DNA of 43,945 nucleotides from a virus: positions 1 through 43,945 of the IMG/VR virus record IMGVR_UViG_3300017698_000057; one strand, given 5' to 3'. The notes beneath the pieces were generated by a model, which worked only from the letters and a program-made list of their open reading frames with translations, was not told where the DNA came from and did no database searches. Each line of letters starts with the position of its first letter. The stretch's first letter is position 1. Shown here piece after piece: positions 1-7,651 of the stretch. A program made the translations under genes and the position numbers.

Positions 1-55
1 TTTCAGTGGTGAGCCGTGCAGGATTCGAACCTGCGACCCACTGATTAAAAGTCAG
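1..55. repeat. att direct repeat, left copy (displaced 3' half of tRNA-Lys)
   Basis: Bases 1-55 are identical to 43891-43945. The reverse complement reads anticodon loop CTTTTAA, T-arm GCAGGTTCGAATCCTGC, acceptor 3' strand and CCA. Bases 56-82 cannot supply the D-arm or a 5' acceptor strand complementary to ACGGCTC. Confidence 0.9.
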
Positions 56-100
56 CGGAACGTGTTTGCAACCGCCTGTTTTTGCACGGTTTTACGGAAA

Positions 101-133
101 AGTTGTGTTGTGACGAATGGGCTGAATTGTATC
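101..133. promoter_or_regulatory. Candidate integrase arm-type binding sites (left arm)
   Basis: AGTTGTG (101-107), GTTGTGA (107-113) and ATTGTATC (126-133) are reverse complements of the (G/T)A(T/C)ACAAC(T) repeats near the right att copy. Confidence 0.45.
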
Positions 134-144
134 AAAACGGATGA

Positions 145-648
145 TCACGAGAACCTGAACAGCACCAGCCCCAGGCTGACGGACCCGACAGAAACAGACC
201 CGCCGCTACTGTTCACCACGTCGAACTTCACGGTATCGGCGGCCGCAACATAGGCGCGGATCGACACTTCCTTGTTCAGACCGCCGGTGCCAAATCCAAC
301 GAGGACGAAATCCCCGACAAGGGCGCCGGTCACGGCCTGCGTGATCGACTGATCAACACCGTCGGCAATGCTGCCGAAGTCGATGCTGCCCGTCCACTTG
401 ATCACGGCAGTAAGGGACGCGCTGCCGGTGACGAAGTTCAAGGTCGAGATATTCGCCGTCGGGGCCGTCAGGCTTGTGATCGTCGACGTGCCGAAGTTGT
501 GATCCCCGCCGGCGTAGGCAATCCCCTCAAGCAGTTTCGACTTGGTGATCTTGTACGAGTTGCCCGTCGCAACGTCGAAGATCAGCAGGTAGTCGTCATC
601 CGAGATGTTGCCGCTGGGTATTGTAGAAAGGTCATCAAGTTCGGGCAT
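145..648 (-). CDS. Hypothetical 167-aa protein with a fibre-like N-terminus (possible accessory receptor-binding or cargo protein)
   Basis: ATG at 646-648 has an AGGAGA Shine-Dalgarno 6 nt upstream. The N-terminus PELDDLSTIPSGNISDDDYLLIFDVATGNSYKITKSKLL resembles phage fibre N-termini. It is the last gene before att and lies downstream of a hairpin. Confidence 0.6.
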   Translation of the reverse strand: MPELDDLSTIPSGNISDDDYLLIFDVATGNSYKITKSKLLEGIAYAGGDHNFGTSTITSLTAPTANISTLNFVTGSASLTAVIKWTGSIDFGSIADGVDQSITQAVTGALVGDFVLVGFGTGGLNKEVSIRAYVAAADTVKFDVVNSSGGSVSVGSVSLGLVLFRFS

Positions 649-709
649 TTTGCGTCTCCTTTGGGCGCCAATGTGGCACGCTTCCCTTCCCCCGTGTATT
701 CACAAGAAA

Positions 710-738
710 GCCCCGCCGGTGGACTAGACCGACGGGGC
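710..738 (-). terminator. Candidate rho-independent terminator after the lysis cassette
   Basis: 11-bp stem (GCCCCGCCGGT / ACCGACGGGGC, one mismatch) with a 7-nt loop. On the minus strand it is followed by CTTTCTTGTG. Confidence 0.4.
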
Positions 739-840
739 GGCAGGGATAGACGCCCGGAAGCGCCTGAATGGGGCCCTTTCTCTTGCTGTTGAAATGACGG
801 GTAAGCGACCCGCCGCGCATCCCCTTGCGGGATTTCTGCC

Positions 841-1137
841 CTACAAATTGGGCGGGTTTTCTTGCGGGCCGTAGGTTTGCCAGTACTGCCCGGCGGCGAG
901 GATGCAGGACGTGTGGTCCGGGCGGATCAGGACGAAGTTCCACATGCCGTTGTCCGGGTTCACCCATACCTCTGCCGCCATGTCGTTCTTGATCAGGCCG
1001 CTGTGCTGCCGCTCCATCTGGTAGGCGCCGGCCATCAGGGCCTCGGCCACGCTCGACGGGATGAAGTCACAGTTGAGGATGACCTCGGCCGATGCGGCCG
1101 TCCCGAGCATCGTCAGAAAGATCGTCAGAAGTTTCAT
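841..1137 (-). CDS. Secreted 98-aa protein of unknown function
   Basis: Signal-peptide-like N-terminus MKLLTIFLTMLGTAASA-EV. Its ATG overlaps the o-spanin stop as ATGA. Confidence 0.6.
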   Translation of the reverse strand: MKLLTIFLTMLGTAASAEVILNCDFIPSSVAEALMAGAYQMERQHSGLIKNDMAAEVWVNPDNGMWNFVLIRPDHTSCILAAGQYWQTYGPQENPPNL

Positions 1138-1331
1138 CGTCTGCACCCCGCGTCCAGTTTCTTGAGAAGCCGCGCCCCCGTCACCACCGACTTGTCGCCG
1201 CCATCCTCGGCCAGCGCCTTCGCATGGGCCGTCCGGTCGGCGCGGGTGCCATCACAGATCGCTTCTGCGTCCGCGCTCAGACAGCCAGCGACGGGCAGCA
1301 GCAGGGTCATCGCCCAGATCATCCGCATCAT
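1134..1331 (-). CDS. Putative o-spanin (outer-membrane lipoprotein, Rz1-like)
   Basis: 65 aa starting MMRMIWAMTLLLPVAGC, with lipobox VAG-C. It starts inside the i-spanin gene in another frame and extends beyond it. Confidence 0.55.
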   Translation of the reverse strand: MMRMIWAMTLLLPVAGCLSADAEAICDGTRADRTAHAKALAEDGGDKSVVTGARLLKKLDAGCRR

Positions 1332-1503
1332 CCATCCGTCTCCTTGTGTCCCGGTAGCCTTTGAGCGCCTTGCCGGCCTCGACCTGGCCGCGCTTGGACC
1401 ACCCCAGCAGGACGGCCCCGGCCAGCAGGGCAACAGCCGCGCCGACGATTGCCGCCCACCGCCCGATGCGTGTCCCGGCCAGCCATGCGAAGATGCCGGT
1501 CAT
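1252..1503 (-). CDS. Putative i-spanin (Rz-like, N-terminal TM helix)
   Basis: 83 aa with TM segment WAAIVGAAVALLAGAVLLGW followed by a charged tail. Its ATG overlaps the upstream stop as ATGA, and it encloses the o-spanin start. Confidence 0.5.
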   Translation of the reverse strand: MTGIFAWLAGTRIGRWAAIVGAAVALLAGAVLLGWSKRGQVEAGKALKGYRDTRRRMDDADDLGDDPAAARRWLSERGRRSDL

Positions 1504-1667
1504 CGCAGCGCCTCTTCCACCTGCTCTTTCGGCGTCAGCAAGGAAAATCGGCAGTCCGAAAAATCCCGCACCCTTTCCATCATCTCGCGGTAGCAGGCGC
1601 ACTGATCGCCCGGCAGGCCGCAGTTCACGAAGCAAACGGGGCGTTTGGTTTCTGCCTGATAGGTCAT
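1500..1667 (-). CDS. Cys-rich 55-aa protein inside the lysis cassette
   Basis: MTYQAETKRPVCFVNCGLPGDQCACYREMM... contains 5 Cys. ATGA overlaps occur at both ends, with the endolysin stop and the i-spanin start. Confidence 0.5.
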   Translation of the reverse strand: MTYQAETKRPVCFVNCGLPGDQCACYREMMERVRDFSDCRFSLLTPKEQVEEALR

Positions 1668-2416
1668 GACCGCCGTCCCTTCACCAGCCACCAGACGCCC
1701 GCCAGCGCCGCGATAACCAGCACAGCGGCGATGGCGTACTGCACCGGACCGTTGCCGCTCAGAAGCGCGCCAGAGCTACCCACGGCCCCCGAGATAGCCG
1801 CCATTGCGCGGGGGTCCGTCAGCACGTCCTTTGCGGTGGCCTTGGCGCTTTCCTTGCCCTCGGCCTTGGGCTGTGGTGCAACAGTCGTTTCCGGCACGTC
1901 AGCATCTGCCGCCCATGCCAGCGATTGCGCGCACACCTCTGCCACCCGGCGCGACCATCCCTTGCCGAACACGGGCCACGTCTTGAGGCGCTTCATGAAT
2001 GCCAGCCGCTTGTTGCAATAGGTGCCGATCACGGACAGCCAGTCAGAATCCATCGCCGCTGCGACGGTCTCTGAGCCGATCACGCCATCAACCGGCACGC
2101 CAAGGCACTCTTGCAGCCATCGTGCCGCACGCCCCGGCCCGCTGTTCACGGCGGCGTCGAACACGCAGTAGGCCATGCCTGGCGGCAGGTCGTCGGCACG
2201 AACGGTGTTCCAGTATTGGCCGCGATAAATGGCTTCCACCTCGGCGTCGGTGATGTTGCGCACCGATTGCGTCGGTAGGCCACGGCGGCGGCGATCCGCA
2301 TCATAGGTGCGCTGCGTTACGCCCTTCATCGTCGCCCCGCCCGGATCACGGGGATGGTTAGAGTAACCGCCCTCATGCACTTTCAGCAGCGCAAACGCGC
2401 GTGGAAATCTATCCAT
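1664..2416 (-). CDS. Endolysin, glycoside hydrolase family 108-like with PG-binding region and a C-terminal TM helix
   Basis: The HEGGYSNHPRDPGGATMKGVTQRTYD motif is typical of GH108/ZliS lysozymes. AAGGAGG lies 7 nt upstream of the ATG at 2414-2416. The C-terminus VQYAIAAVLVIAALAGVWWLV-KGRRS is hydrophobic. Confidence 0.8.
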   Translation of the reverse strand: MDRFPRAFALLKVHEGGYSNHPRDPGGATMKGVTQRTYDADRRRRGLPTQSVRNITDAEVEAIYRGQYWNTVRADDLPPGMAYCVFDAAVNSGPGRAARWLQECLGVPVDGVIGSETVAAAMDSDWLSVIGTYCNKRLAFMKRLKTWPVFGKGWSRRVAEVCAQSLAWAADADVPETTVAPQPKAEGKESAKATAKDVLTDPRAMAAISGAVGSSGALLSGNGPVQYAIAAVLVIAALAGVWWLVKGRRS

Positions 2417-2669
2417 TCCGGGCCTCCTTATCCAGTTCAAGGTGCTCGCGGGCTATCGCTATCCGTTCCCGCTCGTACCGGCGCAGTTCCCGCTTGTGAT
2501 ACCAACTGATGCACAGGCCACCGATGCCGATGGCAACACCGGCCCAGCCGATGAGGTTCTGGCCAGCCAGCCAGCCGCCTATTGCGCCCATGGCACCCCC
2601 GAATATCCCGGTGTTTGCGATTGCTGTGATGGCCTTGGCGGGTATCATGCTGTGGTCTATGGCGGTCAT
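2409..2669 (-). CDS. Holin (two TM domains, charged C-terminus)
   Basis: 86 aa with two Gly-rich hydrophobic helices and then KRELRRYERERIAIAREHLELDKEARNG. It lies immediately upstream of the endolysin and overlaps the fibre stop as ATGA. Confidence 0.7.
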   Translation of the reverse strand: MTAIDHSMIPAKAITAIANTGIFGGAMGAIGGWLAGQNLIGWAGVAIGIGGLCISWYHKRELRRYERERIAIAREHLELDKEARNG

Positions 2670-5023
2670 GATGTCAGCACGTCTACTGAGGCGGTCTTTT
2701 CAACTGTCATGGAATTGACACGACCGCGCAGATGGCCTTTTGCGTCACCATCGAATTTGACCTGTGTAGCGTCAGTCGGCCCCAATTTAGGCTCCACGAC
2801 ATAGCCTTCACCATCCTGCACCTGAATTAGCGGTTTGTCGCTGCGAGGCGCGTAGACAGTTGGTCGCCAGCTATAAGTGACCGTCGATGCGGATACATCG
2901 GCCAGAATGGGGCCTGAGCAATCGTAATATCTGCCTCCAATCCGAAGTACATTGCAGCCTGAATGCGCTGTGGATGCATTTGCTGTGCCGCTCTCAACGT
3001 CTTTTATATCCGTGTTGAACTTGTGATTGTAACTGACGACATTAACTTCCAACGCATGCGGAGTTGTGCTGTCATATGGAGTGTAATTGAAACCGTCTTT
3101 GGCGGATGTATAGTTTTGCGTCCCAATCGCCACGAAGCCGCCCACGTCGAGAACCTGCGCGTTGTCCCTGTCGCGCCGACCGATCAACCCGCCCCTCATC
3201 ATGCAGACCCGGCTGTCATCATTCCCGCCATCAGCGCGAACACCGCCGACAACCCAAACGTCCTGCATGTATATTTTTTTACTTTCGCGCCCCACGTCAA
3301 CATAGCCAGCTTGGAACAGCAGAACCGAAGACCGCGTGGGAGTTGTCGTAACCCCGTTTTTCCGCTTCATGTAAATACTGCTGGTTGACGAGATAAAATA
3401 CTGGCCTTCTTCCAGGTCGCCTGTGCTCTGAGAATCTTGGGCGGCGCTCAATTCATAGACGTAAGGATTTCCCTCGTCGTCCAGAACCTCGAAATCGACT
3501 AACCCGAATAGCGCATAATCCGCCTCCCAATCCGCTGACGAATACCCATCAGCCGTCAGCGTGATCCGCCATATATCGGGTACAGCCGTGGAAATCCAAT
3601 TGGTGGTCGGAGATTTGGCCTTTGCGAAATAAACAGGCGATGGATCACCGGATGCGTCTATACCGTAAATGCACAAATCGTTAGAACTGGTCCACGAATT
3701 GAGCTTCGAGTTATGGAGACCCTCAGCCGTTCGATATATCCCGCCCTTGACGCCAATCCTTTTAGTATCGGCCTGCGCCAGCGCATCATCAATTGTCTGG
3801 AATGCCGTTGACCATGTGAGGCCGTCCGTGCCGTCGCCCGCCGGATCGACCAGATAATCACCAGTAGACAGGCTCGTTGGGTCAAATGTGTCATAATTCG
3901 CGGGGAAATGATCGCCAGCAATTTGGGAAATGATATGATCTTCGTCCACCGAACCATCAGCACTTAAACGCACGTCCAGTTGCCCAAATCTGCTGCCTAT
4001 ATCCGGCGTCACAATACGATCCTGGACACCAATATCAAATTGCAGCAGACCTGCTGGCGAGTAATTTACAAAATCACCGGATGCGGCCCCGGTATAAAAT
4101 TTCACGCCCCCAGCGGTCTCAGGCCAGTCACCGGTCTCCGACGATGGTGCGACAGTACGCACGTGATCGCCAACAACGACCAACTGGCCATCCGCATAGT
4201 CCTGATTTGTATCAGCCAGCAGTTCGGCTTCATCCGCGAAAACACGAGACACAGGCAGCACTATATCAAACTGCACGCCGCCGCTGCCGGAATAATCCAA
4301 GTCACCGCCTGACGGCACGCGCTTGACCACCATGCCGGTTTCCGTCACCTGCGCATAGTCGCCTTCGTCAAGGTCGGAGGCGGTCAGGTTGGCAAGGTCG
4401 GAGAAGGTGTCAACGGCAAGGTTGCGGGTTGCGCCCGCTTCAATACCCGCCAGCTTATCAACGTCGATTGTGTCCGCAGCGGCCTCCGCCGCAGTTTGAG
4501 CCGCCTCCGCTGCCGACGCCGACGCCGACGCCGCCGTGGCATAGCCTTGGGCCGCCGTGATCTCGTCAGCCGTCGGCCCGTTCTGGAATACGCCGTCCTT
4601 GAACATGGGAACGGCGCCGTCATCGAAATTGACGGGCGGTTGCGCGGTGGTGGTGCGAAGGGAATTTGCCGCCTTGCCGACCGTCTCAACCAGCGTTGCC
4701 CACACCCGCGCCAGTTCTGCGTTGAGTTTGTCCGTTTGCCGGGGCTCCGTTGGCCCGTAGTCGGTTTCCCGCTCCGGGATCATCGACCCCTCGATCCAGA
4801 GAATATCGCCGCTGCTCAGATCATCGGCGAAGGTGATCGTGGCGGCATCGTCATGGCCGCTGTCCAGATCGGCGGTAAGGGTCCAATCCTCGCGCTTTTC
4901 GCCGTTCACATAGACGGTCAGGGCGTCGGACTCGAACAGCCGGAAGCCGACATTGAACGGGCCGGCGGTGTCCGATCCGAGCGTCGAGGCGGTGAAGCGG
5001 GGTGTTGATGCGACGGTAGCCAT
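2666..5023 (-). CDS. Tail fibre / tailspike, probably with a beta-helix depolymerase domain
   Basis: 785 aa. It has a fibre-type N-terminus, an Ala/Ser-rich segment with DKLAGIEAGATRN, and then GDGTDGLTWSTAFQTIDDALAQADTKRIGVKGGIYR, which resembles pectate-lyase-fold tailspikes. Confidence 0.7.
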   Translation of the reverse strand: MATVASTPRFTASTLGSDTAGPFNVGFRLFESDALTVYVNGEKREDWTLTADLDSGHDDAATITFADDLSSGDILWIEGSMIPERETDYGPTEPRQTDKLNAELARVWATLVETVGKAANSLRTTTAQPPVNFDDGAVPMFKDGVFQNGPTADEITAAQGYATAASASASAAEAAQTAAEAAADTIDVDKLAGIEAGATRNLAVDTFSDLANLTASDLDEGDYAQVTETGMVVKRVPSGGDLDYSGSGGVQFDIVLPVSRVFADEAELLADTNQDYADGQLVVVGDHVRTVAPSSETGDWPETAGGVKFYTGAASGDFVNYSPAGLLQFDIGVQDRIVTPDIGSRFGQLDVRLSADGSVDEDHIISQIAGDHFPANYDTFDPTSLSTGDYLVDPAGDGTDGLTWSTAFQTIDDALAQADTKRIGVKGGIYRTAEGLHNSKLNSWTSSNDLCIYGIDASGDPSPVYFAKAKSPTTNWISTAVPDIWRITLTADGYSSADWEADYALFGLVDFEVLDDEGNPYVYELSAAQDSQSTGDLEEGQYFISSTSSIYMKRKNGVTTTPTRSSVLLFQAGYVDVGRESKKIYMQDVWVVGGVRADGGNDDSRVCMMRGGLIGRRDRDNAQVLDVGGFVAIGTQNYTSAKDGFNYTPYDSTTPHALEVNVVSYNHKFNTDIKDVESGTANASTAHSGCNVLRIGGRYYDCSGPILADVSASTVTYSWRPTVYAPRSDKPLIQVQDGEGYVVEPKLGPTDATQVKFDGDAKGHLRGRVNSMTVEKTASVDVLTS

Positions 5024-5062
5024 GCCGGGAATATCGCCGAGACGATACCCGCGCCCTATGCA

Positions 5063-7651
5063 CTACTGCCCGCCGATGATCGCCCCGAGGTTCGGCGCCC
5101 GTTCCGGCAGGGTGCTGCCAATGGGCCAGAAGGCATCGTTGCCGGTGTTTCTCTTGCGGGCGGCGGCGGCCTTGCGCAGCGTTTTCTGCGCTTCCGGGTC
5201 GATGATCTTGTGCAGTTCGTCGAAGATCAGCCGTTGCACGGCGGGACCGGCAAGGGGTGTGTCGGCCAGAGGGGTATTCCGCCGAAGGATGCGGATCACG
5301 TCCTTCTGCCAGCGCGGGTCTTTGCCCTGCATCACTTCCTGAATGTTGCCGTAGGTGAGGGACATAAGGTCTTGCGATAGGCCAACGACAGGACCGGCGA
5401 GATAGGCAGCAGCGCCGCCGCCATAGCGCATCTCGCCCGTCTGTATGATGTCGCCAATCGGGCCAAGGCCGCCGCCGCGCAGCATAGCCTTCCACCAGAA
5501 GGCAGGTGTTGTGACGTTCGACGGATCGTTGCCGCCCAGCACGTCCAGCGTCACCTGCGCCACGGCCCCGAGTGCCGTCATCTCGCCCACCAGAAAAGCG
5601 ACATGTAACGCCCGCGATTTCATGTCCGGGGCGTATTGCAACAGCCTGATCTGGTTGACCGTGAACGCGCCGATGAAGCTTTTGAACATGGTGCCGGATT
5701 TCAAGAGTTCGTACATTGCTGTGCCCGGCTGCAAGCCCAATCCTACCGGGTCCATCATGGCCGCCTTGGCGCTCAAGCGTCCGGTTGGAACCGCCCGTTC
5801 CTGCCATTCCTCCACGAAGCCCTGGAACTTCATGAAGATGTCCATCGCCTCGCGGCGGGGCAGATCGGTGTTGGCAAGCCAGTGGTGCGGGTTCAGGAAA
5901 TCGGCCGCCGGGACCGCCTCGCCGTTGACCGGCGACCATACCTCCAGATCGCCCGTCTCAAGGCCCTGCGCCTCCAACGGATCGGCCACCTTGCGATAGA
6001 GCGGATCGTTGCGGTCGAGTTTCCGGCCCTGCGCCCCGGCGGTGTACTTCGGCCCGTTCCTGAATTTCTCCCAATCCTCGGCCCGGATGCCGTAGTCATC
6101 AAGAGCCCGGCGGAAATCCGGGTCGATGTTGTCGAAACTGTGCTTCGCTTCCCGCGCGAATGTGGCCCAAAATTCCATATTTACGGCCATCCGCGCAGCG
6201 TCCGTGTGCTGAGACAGCCCCTGCACCTTCATCGCCATAGACGACAGCATTTCGGCCCATTCCGCTCCGGGAACCTCATTTTGAAACCGGGCGACCGCGC
6301 CGCCGGCATCCGCCAGTGTGGACATGGCCCAACGGTGCTGCATCGCCATTTCCGTTGTCATCCGGCCCTCGGCAATCATGTCCCTGATGGTTTTGCCGTA
6401 GGTCGAGAAGATGTTTCCAGCGTTAAGTCCGGCGGCCCGTGCCGTCAGGTGGATCGACGCGAAATCCGACATCGACGGCACCACGGCCCGGTCAAGCATC
6501 CCCGCCGTCATCACATGGCGCATCGAGGACATGAACGAGGCGAACAGTTCCCGGTCCTGCGGCGCCATACCCGGCCCTTTGTAGACACGCGCCATGCGCT
6601 CTGCCCACTTGTCCCACTTGGTGTTTACCAATTCAGGACGGCCCTCGGCCTTCGCCCGCTCGCGCGCAACGTCGATCTCGAACTGCACACCCTTTTCCAT
6701 GTCGGCCCCGAAGGTCCGCAGCTCCGCAATGTCATGGGCCATCGCGTTCAGGTGGCCCATCAGCGTCTTGAAGAAATCACCGTCACCGAAATCCTTGTTA
6801 TATTCCATCCACTTATCGGCACTGGCGAATTTCAGGACGCGCGCCTCGGCCCGGCGGGTGACAAGCGACCGTCGGCCCTGACCTGCCTTGCCGAACACGA
6901 TGTTGTCCCAAATCTCGCCCAGGAACCGCTCAAGCGTTTCCCGCGGCGGCTTGGTTTCTCCGACCTGAAACGGGCGGCCCGTGGCGTAATTCTCAACGCC
7001 GGTCCAGTCGATCATGCCATCATCGAGAAGCCGGGCGACCCACGCATCCTTGCCGACCTTGCGCAGCGCCGACGGATTGTGCCGGTGCGGCACGTCGTAG
7101 TTTTCCAGCTTGCGGATCACGCCGCCGGCCTCGTTGAAGAACAACCGCAGATCCTCGACCACGCTGCGAATGGAATCGGCCATCGCGTTTGCCGCCGCGT
7201 CGTCCACCTTCTCACCGGACAGGGCCCGCACGATGTTCACCTGTTCGGCGGGCTTCGTCATCTTGTTCAGAAGGTTCTGGTGGTGGTCCCGCAGATAGTT
7301 CGTCAGCCGGTTGCGGGCGTATTGCAGCAGGCCGCGGCTTTCCATTTCCATCCGCTCGACGCTGGTTGCCGCCGACTTGTGCGGCTTTGCGTGATCCGCC
7401 ACCCGCTTCTTGATCGACTGACGCACCTGCGCCTCGGCCAGCGCCCGGTGCAGATCGTCGCCCGACTTGCGCTTGAAGTACTCCTTCACGTCGGCACCGG
7501 CCATTTCCTCGGCCGACCGGCGGGAATAGCCCTGGCGTTCATAGGCGGCGGCCTGTTCTTCCCAAATCCGCTGCGCCTCCTTGCCGTGGGCCTTGGACGC
7601 GGAAACCTCGGGGTCGTCCATCGCGTCCTGAATGCAGTCCTTGAAACTCAT
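5063..7651 (-). CDS. Internal virion / ejection protein (large)
   Basis: 862 aa. It sits between the core proteins and the tail fibre as in T7-like podoviruses. Its ATG overlaps the upstream stop as ATGA. Confidence 0.5.
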   Translation of the reverse strand: MSFKDCIQDAMDDPEVSASKAHGKEAQRIWEEQAAAYERQGYSRRSAEEMAGADVKEYFKRKSGDDLHRALAEAQVRQSIKKRVADHAKPHKSAATSVERMEMESRGLLQYARNRLTNYLRDHHQNLLNKMTKPAEQVNIVRALSGEKVDDAAANAMADSIRSVVEDLRLFFNEAGGVIRKLENYDVPHRHNPSALRKVGKDAWVARLLDDGMIDWTGVENYATGRPFQVGETKPPRETLERFLGEIWDNIVFGKAGQGRRSLVTRRAEARVLKFASADKWMEYNKDFGDGDFFKTLMGHLNAMAHDIAELRTFGADMEKGVQFEIDVARERAKAEGRPELVNTKWDKWAERMARVYKGPGMAPQDRELFASFMSSMRHVMTAGMLDRAVVPSMSDFASIHLTARAAGLNAGNIFSTYGKTIRDMIAEGRMTTEMAMQHRWAMSTLADAGGAVARFQNEVPGAEWAEMLSSMAMKVQGLSQHTDAARMAVNMEFWATFAREAKHSFDNIDPDFRRALDDYGIRAEDWEKFRNGPKYTAGAQGRKLDRNDPLYRKVADPLEAQGLETGDLEVWSPVNGEAVPAADFLNPHHWLANTDLPRREAMDIFMKFQGFVEEWQERAVPTGRLSAKAAMMDPVGLGLQPGTAMYELLKSGTMFKSFIGAFTVNQIRLLQYAPDMKSRALHVAFLVGEMTALGAVAQVTLDVLGGNDPSNVTTPAFWWKAMLRGGGLGPIGDIIQTGEMRYGGGAAAYLAGPVVGLSQDLMSLTYGNIQEVMQGKDPRWQKDVIRILRRNTPLADTPLAGPAVQRLIFDELHKIIDPEAQKTLRKAAAARKRNTGNDAFWPIGSTLPERAPNLGAIIGGQ

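Noticed and set aside
7-82. Left att copy as an intact tRNA-Lys gene.
   Set aside because: Only the anticodon loop through CCA is present. Bases 56-82 cannot form the D-arm or a 5' acceptor strand complementary to ACGGCTC.
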